NCBI RefSeq assembly: GCF_009914755.1
Contig: NC_060932.1
Source of the DNA: the human T2T-CHM13v2.0 reference genome, Homo sapiens
Reading direction: 5' to 3' (one strand)
DNA length: 64,000 nucleotides
The notes beneath the pieces are model-generated. The model was given only the letters and a program-made list of their open reading frames with translations, was not told the origin of the DNA and ran no database searches. The translations under genes were made by a program, and so were the position numbers. This document shows, in pieces, positions 1 to 13,199 of the stretch; the first letter of the stretch is position 1, and each line of letters starts with the position of its first letter.

Positions 1-726
1 TTCTTATGCATTTTTTAAAAATTAAAAATATCCAAACCTCCCTTTGTTTTCTGCATTTATCGTCTTTTTTCTAACTATTTGCATAAGATCCAAAATGTGC
101 AAATAAGCCTTTGTTCTCTCTGAACACTATAAAACAAGGTTACTTTAGCTTACACCATGTGCATTTCTTTTGTTTTAAGGAAAAGAAATCTGTATCTTAT
201 ACAACTCCAGGGTCCCTCAGTACTAAGTTTTCCTTTCCAATTAATAGCATGCCACAAGATGTTTGACTACTTTGCAGCTGATTTTGCATTCACTTACCTC
301 TAGCCAATTGTTTTAATAATGATGCATCCTGAGTAGTGTCTTTCTCCATTTAGGCCTAAAGATCTCTCTGAGGACATTCCCTAAATTCACAGCCCCATGT
401 ATCCATTCTGAAATAAAAATGCCTTCTCTTTCTCCAGCACTTCCCACTCCCTGCTGATGCTGAATGGCTTTTCATGGAAGCACTTAACAGTGGTTGTAGA
501 AGGACTGCCATTTTTTTCTACATGGGTGAGTGCTCTATTCATCAACATTCTATTGACCATCACATTATCAAGAAGGCCCTAGGGTATCATTACAATTTGT
601 AGTCTCTATCCTCAAATGTCTATCCCTAAACTGTCTCAATTCTATTTAAATGGCTATATTTCTATCATAATTTGCAAAACAAACTCCTATGTCTAGGTAA
701 CCCAGCGTGATAGGACCCTGACGTGC

Positions 727-1221
727 TGTGGCTGAATAATGCCCCCTTCCCCCTGAAAAGATATCCATATCCTAATCTCTGGAACTCATAAATTTTATGT
801 TATATGGTAAAATGTACTTTGAAGATGGGATTAAATTAAGGATCTTGAGGAGGGCAGATTATCCTGGATTAGCCAGGTGAGCCCAAGGCCTTACAAGGGT
901 CCTTAAAAGAGGGAGGAAGGAGGAGTCAGTCAGAGGAGGAGGAGATGTAACAATGGACACAGAGATTGGAGAGATACACTTAGAAATGGAAGAAGGAGCC
1001 ACAAGCCGAGGAACACAGGCATCCACTAGAAGCACAGAAAGGCAAAGAAACAGATCCTCCCCTCAGGGCCTCTAGGAAGAATCAGCCATCTTGACAACCT
1101 GACCCTAGATCCATGAATCTGATCTCTGACATCAGATCTTGAAACAGTACACATTTATTCTACAGTTTAAAGTCAATAAATGGGTGATAATTTGCTACAA
1201 CAGCAAAAGGAAACTAATATA
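727..1221 (+). mobile_element. MaLR solo LTR, MLT1D-like
   Basis: Starts TGTGGCTGAATAATGCCCC. Contains AAATTAAGGATCTTGAG..AGATTATCCTGGATTA. Ends TTTGCTACAACAGCAAAAGGAAACTAATATA, a typical MLT1 terminus. Confidence 0.85.
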
Positions 1222-1382
1222 TGAAAATTTGCTGTTTCATTGTCTAAACTAACAGAAGCAGGCTCTGAAGGAATAGAATATCCATATATTCCCTTGTAGT
1301 CACATCTCATGGTTATAATTGCTTTGTAAATTTCTTTGTTTTTACATCATATGGACAATTTCATGGCACCTTTTAATTGTTC

Positions 1383-1384
<2 letters not shown>

Positions 1385-1416
<32 letters not shown>
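1385..1416. repeat. (TG)16 microsatellite
   Basis: Read directly. Confidence 0.97.
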
Positions 1417-1420
<4 letters not shown>

Positions 1421-1649
1421 CATACATACTATATATACATAAAATATATATAATTATTATATAATTAATTATATCCAGACAGCTACCTTCAGGTACTCCA
1501 TCCCCATCCAGCTTGGGACTTGGGACAATGCTATTGTCACTAGCACTGACTTTTTTGTAGTGATTCTGCAAGTGACCACTGTCATCAGCCACTGGTTGCC
1601 CATTTCTCATCCAAGTTTTTGGGATTACTCTGTTTTTAATCTTGCCTTG

Positions 1650-2019
1650 TGATATTGTTTTGCTGTGTCCCCACATGAATCTCATATTGAATTGTAACCC
1701 CCACAACTCCCACACGTCATCAGGGAACCCAGTGAGAGGTAACTGAATTATGGGGGCAGGTCTTTCCCGTGCTGTTCTCATGATAGTGAATAAGTCTCAC
1801 AAGATCTGATGATTTTAAAAAATAGGACTTTACCTGTTTTTTTTTTTTCTTTTTCCTGCTGCTATTCATGTAAGATGTGATTTGCTCCTCCTTGCCTTCT
1901 GCCATGGTTGTGAGGCCTCCCCAGCCATGTGGAACTGTAAGTTCATTAAACCTCTTTCTTTTGTAAATTGCCCAGTCTTGGGTATGTCTTTAACAGCAGC
2001 ATAAAAATGGACTAATGCA
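1650..2019 (+). mobile_element. THE1B 5' LTR
   Basis: TGATATTGTTTTGCTGTGTCCCCAC...ATTAAACCTCTTTC...GGACTAATGCA. Confidence 0.93.
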
Positions 2020-3595
2020 GTAAATTGGTACCAGTAGAATGGGGCACTGCTGAAAAGATACCCGAAAATGTGGAAGCAACTTTGGAACTGAGTAACAGGA
2101 AGAGGTTGGAACAGTTTAGAGGGCTCAGAAGGAGACAGGAAAAAGTGGGAAAGTTTGGAACTGTCTAGAGACTTGTTGAATGGCTTTGACCAAAATGCTG
2201 ATAATAATATGTACAGTGAAATCTGGCCTGAGGTGGCTTCAGTTGGAGATGAGGAGATTGTTGGGAACTGGAGCAAAGCTGACTCTTGTTACATTTTAGC
2301 AGAGACTGGTGGCATTTTGTCCCTGCCCTAGAGATTTGTGGAACTTTGAACTTGAGAGAGATGATTTAGGGTATCTCGTGGAAGAAATTTCTAAGCAGCA
2401 AAGCATTCAAGATGTGACTTGGGTGCTGTAAAAAGCATTCAGTTCTATAAGGAAGCAGAGCATAAAAGTTCAGAAAATTTGCGGACTGACAATGCCATAG
2501 AGAAGAAAATCCCATTTTCTGAGGAAAAATTCAAGCTAGCTGCAGAAATTTGCATAAGTAATGAGGAGCCAAATGTTAATTCCCAAGACAATGGGGATAA
2601 TGTCTCTAGGAATGTCAGAGGTCTTCACAGCAGCCCTTCCCATCACAGGCCCAGAGGCCTAGAGGAAAAAATAGTTTTGTGGGCTGGGCCCAGGGTCCCT
2701 ATGCTGTGTGTGGCCTAGGGACTTGGTGCCCCATGTCCCAGCCACTCCAGCCGTGACTAAAATGGGCCAAAGTACTGCTCAGGCACTGACTTTGGAAGGT
2801 ACAAGCCCCAAGCCTTGGCAGCTTCCATGCAGTGTGGAGCCTGCAAGTGCATAGAAGTCAAAAATTGAGGTTTGGGATCCTCTGCCTAGATTTCAGAGGG
2901 TGTATAGAAATGCCTGATGTCCAGGCAGAAGTCTGCTGTAGGGGCAGGGCTCTCATGGAGAACCTCTGCTAAGACAGTGCAGAAGGGAAATGTGTGGTCA
3001 GAGCCCCCACACAGAGTCCTTTCCTGGGGCACTGCCTAGTGGAGCTGTGAGAAGAGGGCCACCATCCTCCAGACCCCAGAATGGTAGATCCACCTACAGC
3101 TTGCAAATTGTGCACCTGGAAAAGCCACAGACACTCAATGCCAGCCCACTAAAGCAGCCAAGAGGGAGACTATACCCTTCAAAGCCACAGGGGCTAAGTT
3201 ACCTAAGACCATGGGAACCCACCTCTTGCATAAATGTGATCTGGATGTGAGACCTAGCATCAAAGGAAATCATTTTGGGGCTTTAAGATTTGACTGCCCC
3301 ATTGGATTTCAGACTTGCACGAGGCCTGTAGCCCCTTCATTTCAGCCAATTTCTCCCATTTGGAATGGCTGTATTTACCCAATGATTGTATCCCCACTGT
3401 ATCTAGGAAGTAACTAACTTGCTTTTGATTTTACAGGCTCAAAGGCAGAAGGGACTTGCCTTGTCTCAGATGAGACTTTGGACTGTAGACTTTTGAATTA
3501 ATCCTGACATGAGTTAAGACTTTGAGGGACTGTTGGGAAATCATAACTGGTTTTGATATGTGAGGACATAAGATTTGGAGGGGCCATGGGTGGAA

Positions 3596-3926
3596 TGATA
3601 TGGTTTGGCTTTGTCCCCACCCAAATCTCATCTTGAATTGTAACTCCCACAATTCCCACATGTCATGGGAGGAACCCAGTAGGAGGTAACTGAATTATGG
3701 GGGTGGGTCTTTTCCCGAGGTTTTAAAAAAACGGGAGGTTCACTGCACAAGCTCTCTCTTGCCTGCTACCATCCATGTAAGATGTGACTTGCTCCTCCTT
3801 GCCTTCTGCCATGATTGTGAGGCCTTCCCAGCCATGTGGAACTGTAAGTTCATTAAACCTCTTTCTTTTGTAAATTGCCCAGTCTTGGGTATGCCTTTAT
3901 CAGCAACATGAAAATGGATGAATACA
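3596..3926 (+). mobile_element. THE1B 3' LTR (about 40-bp internal deletion)
   Basis: TGATATGGTTTGGCTTTGTCCCCACCC...GGATGAATACA. Preceded by the purine-rich tract GGAGGGGCCATGGGTGGAA. Confidence 0.93.
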
Positions 3927-4004
3927 CCTTGCTTTCCAAAGAAAACATTGTTTCAACCAAATCCCACTCCTACCATCAATTGTTGTGAGGATTGTGTGTC
4001 CTCC

Positions 4005-4385
4005 TTCCTTAGTTCAGAGTCCTCCAAAAGAAGACACTGAGACCAGGTTTCAAGGGTAAGTAGATTGTCTTGGAGGTGACGTCAGAAACCACTGATGGAG
4101 AAGTGACAAATGAGACAGAAAGGGAAGGAATTGATGACAGGGAATCTCAGGTGAAAAAAACCTCAGGACTATCCCACCCAAATAGCATGGAAGAGTGAGT
4201 ATCATATAGCAACTCCCTGAAAGAGTTGTGAACTCCCTTCCATTTCTGCCCTGCTGGATGGGAAGAAAAGCGGGTCCTGGTAGCTAAGGAAATCCCTCAG
4301 GCAAGAAGATATGTGTGCTGCCAACTGGAAGTTGGGCCAGAGAACATGGAAGTGGTGAAGGCAGGGCATAGACAGCATCCACAGC
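4005..4385 (-). mobile_element. Ancient ERVL-class LTR (LTR33/LTR16-like)
   Basis: CCTCCAAAAGAAGACACTGAGACCAGGTTTCAAGGGTAAGTAGATTGTCTTGGAGGTGA..GAGACAGAAAGGGAAGG resembles the recalled consensus. Subfamily uncertain. Confidence 0.5.
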
Positions 4386-5557
4386 TCATATCCAGTCATT
4401 CTCTCAAAGGGACTTCCATCACAAGATCTTATCTAGTGCAGTTTATTAGAAAAGCATATGAAAAGGCTTTCAAATTATTAATAAGAATTCTTATAGAAAT
4501 GTTCATCTGTGTCAGGCACCATATTTCTGGCTGGGTGAACATAGATGTCCTTTACTATCAAATTCCATGGGGCCCATGAGAAGAGAATGCAGGACCAGCC
4601 AGATGGCTCATGCCCATTGCCATTTTTACTTTGCTTCTATGTTACAAGCTGACAATTTTGCTCTGTGTGTACTGTAAAATAGCAGACATTTTCCAAATTT
4701 TGCTCTGGCTTACACTGTTCCTTTTTGCTTTTTCATTTATCTTTCTTGTACCCATAGTTAAAAAAAAAAAAAGCATTTCACAGAGGTAAGGTTAAGGCTA
4801 GAGGCTTATGTGGTCAGAACATTTGAGCTCTTCTTGTAAAGGTTCAAGTGAACCTTGTCCTTCCCCATCTCTGCTTCCTCAGGAATGAGTTTTCAAATAT
4901 TTCATTCCATTTCACTAAAATCTAGCAAGGCTGGGTCAAGGGCCAAATATCTTTGTTCTAATTCCCGCTCTGCAAATGAGTACGCAAGTCTCCCCCACCT
5001 GCTGACAGAGTCATCATATAGCACAGTGGCAATGGCTGGCCATAGACATTATCACAGATATCACATTGGAAATATTTGTGAATGACAATGGGTCAGATGC
5101 CTCAGATAAAGCTATCGCAAAAGATGTAATCACTGTAGCTATTAGACTGACAGAAGAAAATCTATCAGAGCAATTCCAAGGATGCAACTGTGAAGGATAA
5201 GTTGTTCTTCTGGGAATGTGAGTGTCCCTTGCAGGAACACTGATGGAGAATCTCAAAGCCCTGAAGCCCTTAGGGGATTCAAAGGTTTGAGTTGGCTTCA
5301 GCAGCAGCACCACAGGGTAGGCAGATGTGGGAGGATGGAAGTTCTTCCTGGGAGCAAGTGAACAGGGGTGAACAATTTCAGAACTACAGTCTGAGATCTC
5401 ACTGAAAAAGCCATTCATCCAGAAGACAGGAAATCAAGAACAGGTCTAGGATACAGAAAAACTGGGGTCAGTTGGTAAAGATGGTGGCCATAGCCCTTAA
5501 TCCTCTGATCCTATTTTTCACATATTTTTCAATGTTGAGCTTTGTTTCATTTATAAC

Positions 5558-5859
5558 TTTTTTTTTTTAAGATACAGGTAAGGGGCTCACTCTCTCACCC
5601 AGATTGGAATGCAGTAGTGTGATCTCAGCTCACTGAGCCTCGACCTCCTAGGCTCAAGCAATCCTCCCACTTCAGCATCCTGAGTAACTGGGACTACATG
5701 CACGCACCATTACACCTGGTTAATTTTTATATTTTTTTTTATAGAGACGGGACTTTGCCATGTTGCCTGGGCTGGTCTGAAACTCCTGGCCTGAAGTGAC
5801 CCACTTGCCTCAGCCTCCCAAAGTGGTGGGATTATAGGCTTGAGCCACTACACCCGGCC
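5558..5859 (-). mobile_element. AluJ
   Basis: Poly-T head, GGCTCAAGCAATCCTCCCAC (J-type), ends CACCCGGCC. Heavy CpG decay. Confidence 0.93.
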
Positions 5860-5871
5860 CACAACTAACCT

Positions 5872-6025
5872 TTCTTGAGCACTACCTAGGTGTAGGGACC
5901 AGTCTCAATGCTTTGCTTGCATTAATACATGTAATCCTCACTATGCTATGATTCTGGTATTATTATCATCCCATTTTACAAATGAGAAAAATTGGATGCA
6001 ATTAAGGTTGTAAATCTTTCCCAAT
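5872..6025 (-). mobile_element. MIR
   Basis: Core CCCATTTTACAAATGAGAAAAATTG. Confidence 0.8.
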
Positions 6026-6702
6026 GAGTGAATGGGCAAACAAGGAGGAGAATGCAGGCCATTTGTATTGAATTGTACCATGTGCTTCCTCCATGCAGGC
6101 AGGTGGAAGGGGACGAATAGAAAGGGAAGCAGGAGGATGTGTGGTGCTATGGGCACCTTTGCATGGGAACAGAGCATCTTGAGTGGGTGGTTTCAACTCA
6201 GAAAAGGAAGGCAGGCTACATGGGAGGATAAGAAGAATTGATAAGAGAGACAACTCAGTACTTCACTGTAGGTGAAGAAAAGGAAGAGTGGCTGAACTCA
6301 GAGTAGTGGCAAAGCAATGAGGAGAGAAAGTTTGGAGAGAAGGGATCCTGTGTCTTAGGGAGAAAGAATTTAAGGAATTTGATGACTAGGAGGTGATTCC
6401 ACCCACCCCTGACCAGACGTCCACTGCCACTCTCTGGTGGTACCTGGTTGTGTTAATTCTTCCCAGTGGGAAAACCTGTAGAGTGCTGCCTTCTCTGTGG
6501 GTGTGCTGGCTCTGATCACTGCCTCCTCTCTTCCTGCAGCTCATGGGGACCCAGCTGTGATGGCAGTGCTGATCCACAACCCAACAGTATGGGCTTTCTC
6601 CACCCACACTCTTTCTGGGTAATTGCTAGAGAAGATTCACATCACTTCAGGATTCTTCAATGGACCCACTTAAACATGAGTTAAGTAACTACCTATGGAA
6701 GC

Positions 6703-6912
6703 ATTCATTTGTTGTGTGCTTCCTGGATATCAGGCACCATGACTAGCACTGTGCAGGCCCTCTCTTGCTTCTTAATTCTCACAGCAAACCTTAAAAAAGT
6801 ATATTACAATCCCTGTATTGATAATGAAGAAACCAAGATGCAGAGAGGTTAAATAGTTATTCATCTGTCATTCAGCTTGGAAGTGCCAGAGAGGCAATGA
6901 TTGACTTGTGTC
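6703..6912 (-). mobile_element. MIR
   Basis: TAATTCTCACAGCAAACC...AATGAAGAAACCAAGATGCAGAGAGGTTAAATAG. Confidence 0.75.
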
Positions 6913-6997
6913 TAGAGCCTACTACCTGGAAGGCCAGACCAAACCCCCTGTGTCACCAGCAACTCATGCCTTGCACACCATGCACCAAGAAGTGTAT

Positions 6998-7125
6998 CCT
7001 TCATCCATCTGTTCATATTAATTCCATATTTTCTGACTTCTTCTCTGGGAAGAACCTGTACTAGGCCCTGGAGAATCAAAGATGAAAGAGATACAGCTCC
7101 ACTTATGAATGGCATGAGGATCTCT
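6998..7125 (-). mobile_element. L2 3'-end fragment
   Basis: TTCATCCATCTGTTC...TGTACTAGGCCCTGGAGAATCAAAGATGAAAGAGATACAG. Confidence 0.55.
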
Positions 7126-8183
7126 GATGTTCAAAGAGTGGACAAGAAAAAGAAACCTAAGAGGCTTGGAAGAGAGTGAGTGATCGGAGAGGTTGGAGGT
7201 TGACTAGAATCATGGCTTCAGCTCATTCTAGAAAATTATTTTTCTAATGATAAAATAGAGAAGCAAAAATGATTTGGGAAAATATAAATTTAGCTTACAA
7301 TTCCAAGAGGCCATAATAAGGCATTCAGGGTTTATAAATGATATTACAGGAGACCAAGATTAGGTTTATGTTCTGACCCACCACTACCCACCCAGTTCCT
7401 TTACAACCCCCAGCTATCTCTTAGAAAAACACGACTCATAAGCCAGTTGGCTCTCAGCTCTCATTTGGTGCCTGGAATCAGAATTTCAACATGAATATGA
7501 AAGCTCAAAGGAATTCCATTTGACATCACACCTATCAATTTGAGGTTTATTTGCCTGAAGGCCTATGACAGATATAGCTATCTCAATTGGGTTCTGTGCT
7601 TTCATGAGAGAGTTTCGGCGAGAAATGCTATTTTAAGCACCATTTAGGCTTTGCTGAGACTGTTTTTATGGGGAAAGTTATGACTCTTGGTAATTGCTAG
7701 AGTTTACTTTTAGAGCCTCCTCCTCAGACATCAATGTGAGCTTCTTTGCCTTTCTGCACAATCCTATCGTGGTTGCTGTTGCATGGCATCGCCTCTAGGT
7801 CTTTAGGCTGATGTTATTTATAAGCTAATGACAGAGCAATAAATATTGTAGTAAATAGTTGTGGGGTGTCATTTGCTGAACCGAAGTTATAGGCAGCTGG
7901 AGAGTCTTTCCTTGTGAAATTCTTTCTCCATTCTTCCTATTACAATGGCCTACAGCATAGATCAAAATACATCTGCCACCCCCTCCCCAAATGCATTGAC
8001 ATTTCCTTATAAGATCAATATACCTTTCAGTGGAAACCACTGTATATGCATTGTGTCCTACAAGAATCCCTTGGCAATTTCTATGTGAAATCCAGGGGAA
8101 CCTGTGCATATTCTGAATGGGTACATTTCTAATTTTTTGCATAGGTTCAATGAGCTACATTTATTAATGTCTACTGTGTGTGC

Positions 8184-8210
8184 ATATATATATATATTTA
8201 TATATATATA

Positions 8211-8243
<33 letters not shown>
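8184..8243. repeat. Interrupted (TA)n microsatellite
   Basis: Read directly. Confidence 0.95.
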
Positions 8244-8743
8244 GAGACATTCTTCTGGTTGATGCTTAAAATGATGCAATACCTTTCTTTATAAAGCTCA
8301 CATTTTAGAGAGAAGGAAGAGCACATACAAGCAATTAAACACATGTAAAAAGTAACAAGGGCTTTTAAAAAGTGTAGAGAAAGTGGCATAAGAGATTAAG
8401 AAATTATTTTTTAACTCTCTAGGACAGGGAAATACTGCTGAAGGGGACCACATGTATCTTATGTCTTGACTGATGTGTAGGATTTAGCCTCTCCCTCTGA
8501 TGACTATAGATTTTCAACTTCTGACTGGTATCTACACTGCTACTTTCATTGGATCCTCATTTCTTTTGTTTCTCCAGCATTTAACTTTAAGAGGTATCAT
8601 CCTCTCCAGAAACCCTCCGCTGGTAGCTCCAGGCTTGGTCACTTACCTCTATTGTGCTTCTACAACAGGCATAATCTATGTATTTTCTATTTGTATTATT
8701 TAAATATTATTTAAATATTTATATATATATAATATATAAATAA

Positions 8744-9056
8744 TTTTTTTTTTTTTTTTTTTTTTTTTTTAGGGACAACATCTTACTCTTTTGCCCTGGC
8801 TGGAGTGCAGTGGTGTGATCATGGCTCACTGTTGCCTTGAACTCCTAAGCTCAAGAAATCTTCCTGTCTTAGCAGCCTGAGTAGCTGGGACCATAGGTAC
8901 ATGCCATCATACCTGGCTCATCTTTTGTTTTTATTTTTGTAAAGATAGAGTCTCGCTATGTTGCCCATGATGGTCTCAAGCTCCTGGCCTCAACAATTCT
9001 CCTGCCTTGGACTCCCAAAGCACTGGGATTACAAGCATAAGCCACTGTGTACAGCC
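8744..9056 (-). mobile_element. AluJ
   Basis: T27 head, GGCTCACTGTTGCCTTGAACTCCTAAGCTCAAG, ends GCCACTGTGTACAGCC. Confidence 0.92.
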
Positions 9057-9059
9057 CTG

Positions 9060-9250
9060 TATCTGTACATTTTCACATTGCCTGGTAATATGCGTGTCTT
9101 ACCCCCCAGTTGTAAATCTTTTAAAATATAGACAGTATCTCATTGTTGCTCATTGTTGCTCCTGTAGCAGTACCTATCTCATCACATGGTGATTAATATA
9201 AATAATCAATGTGTAATCAGTATGGCTGGATGGTTAAGTGACTGAATGGA
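9060..9250 (+). mobile_element. L2 3'-end fragment
   Basis: TGTAAATCTTTTAAAATATAGACAGTATCTC...CACATGGTGATTAATATAAATA. Confidence 0.55.
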
Positions 9251-9633
9251 AATGAAGGGCATTCCAAGTGGATGGATCTATAGGAGCAAAGGCCTTCAAG
9301 CGGAAGTTTAAGATATGTGAAAAAAAAATACTAGGAGACAAGGTCCTAAAGGAAAATTGGTGCTATATCCTAGGGATGTCAGGCTGAGAATTAGAAAATA
9401 TATCTTGGACACAATAGGCAATCATCGATCAACAGAATATTCCTGTGGTTATACTGCATTCACCCTTTTTTTTTTTTTTAAGAGAAGACCTACCTCTATA
9501 TTTGCTGGATATAGGATTCAAAAGAGAACTCGCAACCTTTGCACATGATCTTATCTCCTTGCTACAGCAATTGTTCAAAGGGTGGACACTGAACTAACCA
9601 GAGAATGCTGCCTTCTTGTTTATCCAAGGATGT

Positions 9634-10357
9634 TGTTGGGCTCAGAAAATAATATCCCAAATGGTGCTTTGGCATGCTGAGCACTTTGAATTTTGAATTA
9701 AAGGAAATTGGAAGGCCTTAGAAGCTGCCTCAAAATCAAAATCTTTCTGACCTTTCCTTGTTTCTGTCCCCAAGTGTGGGGAGGGGCTCTCTCTGAGTTC
9801 CTTTATCTGACTCAGAAGTACTTCCAAAAGAAACATAATTGCCTTCAATCTCCTGTGTGAAATCTCATTAACTAGGAAAGATTAATCACTGAAGAAGAAA
9901 CTAAAGGTTATGCCACACTCCCTTTAACAGACTTTTCATCTATTCTTCTGAGGGTGGCTATCTGAAAGACTTTATCTGCATAAGAAAACCTTTGTTGGCC
10001 GTGCAGTTCTGCCCCTCACCTTCCCATAACTTCTTGCCACCTCCCCCAGAGTCCAGAGGAAATTTGTCCCAGGCTATTGCCTGTTATTGAGGCTCATTCA
10101 TCTCCCCTAAATATTATTTACTCTTTCTTTAAAAGTGCTTACACCTCCCACTTTTCTCTCCCCTATGAAGAGGTATTTAAGCTTCAAGCATCTGGCCTCC
10201 TCCTTTGAATTTCAAGCTAAGTGTGACTCCCATGGGCTTTCACATTAATAAATTTGAACATTTTTCTCCTGTTAATCTGTCTGTTGCTAGTTTATTTTAG
10301 CAGATGTAGAGATGAAAGCCTTCAGAAAGCAATGTTAGAATTCCTTTTGTGCCTACG
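9634..10357 (+). mobile_element. ERV1 solo LTR, MER39-like
   Basis: TGTTGGGCTCAGAAAATAATATCCCAAATGGTGCTTTGGCATGCTGAG start, TATTTAAG box, AATAAA near 10247. 4-bp TSD ATGT at 9630-9633 and 10358-10361. Confidence 0.85.
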
Positions 10358-13114
10358 ATGTGCACATAACCAAACTCAGGTCAATCAAGGGACTTCTCTG
10401 GGATAATTTTCTAACCTGCACCAGGAAAAGAAGTGTCTTTCCCTATAAGGGTATATGCTGTCATTGGCTAGGTTCCCCATCATGGACAAAAAGTGGGTCT
10501 AAAGTTAAAGAAACTCAATGCAACATGCAAAGAAGAACAAAGATAAGAAGGAGCAAGAGAAGTACTTGGTGCCTGTTGTCAGGCTACTGCCCTTTTACCC
10601 AGGTAGGCCAGTTGAATCTGGGCCTCTATAACCTACAATCAGGTACTTGTGATTGCATAGCTTCTTTCTCATTGCAACAGCACCCTGGACTTTAAGGAGA
10701 GTCCAGGAATGACTCTCTGGCTCAACAACACATGTCTCATCACTACATGCTGCCCAGAGATTTATTTCAAAAGGGAGACTATAATACCAAGGGGAGCTTC
10801 CCCTAAGAGTCATCAACATGAAGCCCATCATGTCTATGTCCCCATTTATTCTCTTTTTAAATGCTAAACTTCTTTAAATAGTTATAAATAGAAGATTTCA
10901 AACAGGAGAGATGATATACAGATACAGAGATAAACTAAACCAGATTAGGTGTTTAAAAGATGTAACAAAATAGCATCCTTTTCACCAGATTTTTGAAGAC
11001 AGTGACAAGGGGTGTTGGGAACTGTGCATTAGAAGTATAACGCTATAGAAAGACTTTTGTATCTATTTCAGAATTTTTGCTATGTAATACAATAACAGTA
11101 AGAAAAGAAGCAAGAGCTAGCTGAGAGACCTAATTTTAAAAAAAGACATTTCAGACTTCTCTTGGCACGAATTTGCATCTTATTAACATCGAGCTGATAA
11201 GAGGTCTTATTTTCACATTTATTGCAGAAAGAATTATCTCTTTTCAATGATACTTGAGTCCAATATTATACACATAGCACATGAAATGCAGATGAAGTTT
11301 CAAGCCCATCATATCCAAGGTTTGACAAGAATAAGTGAGATGACAACAATTAAACATAATTTCTGAAGCCACAGACCAAGTGTCATTTAATTTATGTAGT
11401 CTTCCCAAGTAACCCTGGAAGAATTAATCACTTCCTCTTTCTGGTCCAATAACATTTTTGAACACACTTTTATATATAAGGTAGACTGTGTTAGAAGCAG
11501 CATAGAGTCACAAGTTGAAATACCATTGTTGTTTCCTTCACTGCAAAATGGATATATTGTAGAATATGCAATCTACAATTTGAGAGAGAAAAAAACAAGA
11601 AAAAAATGCAATATAAGGTAATTATCAAAATTTCTGGCATTAAGTAAATTCTCCTAAATTAGTCAGTATAATAGTTCCCTTTTTTTGGTTCAGATACAAA
11701 AGTTGGCCAGCCCTCTCCTGCCCACCAACATATCACTCCAAAATAACCACAGTGATAATGACTAGGTGTCTATTTTTAATTTTTTCAAAGAAAATAGGTG
11801 ATGAGAAATGAACCCTATCCTATTTGAGGAGACTCTCGACAGGTGACCAGACTTTAACCTAACTGCATGATTATCTAAATACAGAGATAACATAAATAAA
11901 TAGCAAGAAACAGCATACCCATCAACAACTGTCGTTTTGCTTTCTTCTTCTATATGGTTATGGAACATGTGTTGTTCTCCACATTATGGTGCAAGGTACT
12001 TATTGTGATGCCACTTTCAATGCCAAACTATAGTAGTGTGTTCAGAATTTAATGCAAATGAAAATATAAAAGTAGTATTATAAACAGTTTATGTGGATGA
12101 ATGCAGCTATTTTTTCCTAAACTGAATGTGGCTCTTTCCTAAACTGATTATTGTGAGTTTTCTGACTTTCTTCTATAGTCTATCTTCTTAAATATTATAT
12201 CAGCTATCAGTTACTTCTCAAAGTCTATCTGCTTTAATCAATTCTGAACATGTTATTACTATCTTAAAGCAAGAATACATAAGATCTAAATGAAGCCTGG
12301 AAAATGCATTTATCCAAAAAAATGTGAATGTAGTGCAAGCATTTTTTGATGTGTATTTTGGCTTTTGCTTACCACTTCTGCTTTAAATAATTGACGTTGA
12401 CTTAAACACTTCTGATAAGATGTCCTACATGCTTATAATCTATTTGTCATATATACTTTTTAGGATGATATAAAGTACATGAAGCAAAAAGATGACATCA
12501 TCTAATCGTGTTACTGTGAGCAGAGAAGAATTCAAATTCAGGCATCCAGGGTAACCAATTTTATGGGACACATGTGACTCAGCCTTAGCCTCCTTCTCTA
12601 CAATTACATTTCCCCACCTGGGATTTCACAGATCAGCAGTAAACAAACTCCAAGTTTCATTTCCGTAAAGTGACAGAAGATGGGTCCCCTGAGTGAAGAC
12701 GGCCTTCTACCCTTCATCTGAGAAATTTAAACCAGTAGATTTGATAATAAATGTTAAGGGTATTCAATTAACATACAAAGTGGCAGCTGGAAAGGGCACC
12801 GCAGACAGATGTCTGGCTAGAGTCAGTTCTGTGCCCAGGAGAGACAAAGTAGCTAATAAATGCTGTTCTCTATTTATGTGTTGACTTCTGAGACACTCCA
12901 CTTTGAGTGTTTTCTTGGTAAAGAGTTCATCTGATCTCAAGAACCCACCCCCCAAGGAGGGAAAGTCCATTGTCTTTGCCTTAGATTGGCAGGTAGAGTA
13001 AATGAAAAATTAAGAAATTATGTGAATTCCCCCAAAGAGAAGAGAAGGGCTAGAGTGACTATTTTATGTTACGTGGAGATGAGGGTGTGCTTATTCTTTC
13101 AGCTGACATAATCT

Positions 13115-13195
13115 ATTAACATATGTAAAATGCTTATAAAGAGTCTCCAGCACATGTTAAGTGCTGAATAACACAGCCACCACCACCACCAGCAT
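13115..13195 (+). mobile_element. MIR 3' end
   Basis: ATGTAAAATGCTTATAAAGAGTCTCCAGCACATGTTAAGTGCTGAATAA. Confidence 0.7.
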
Positions 13196-13199
13196 CACA

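Larger units (their letters stand above)
1650..3926 (+). mobile_element. Full-length THE1B-type MaLR element (LTR-int-LTR)
   Basis: 5' LTR 1650-2019, internal region 2020-3595 (begins GTAAATTGGTACCAG), 3' LTR 3596-3926. Perfect 5-bp TSD CCTTG at 1645-1649 and 3927-3931. Confidence 0.95.

Noticed and set aside
1347-3661. Several 60-144 aa ORFs
   Set aside because: All lie in THE1B LTR/internal sequence or the (TG)n repeat, and the MaLR internal ORF is disrupted.
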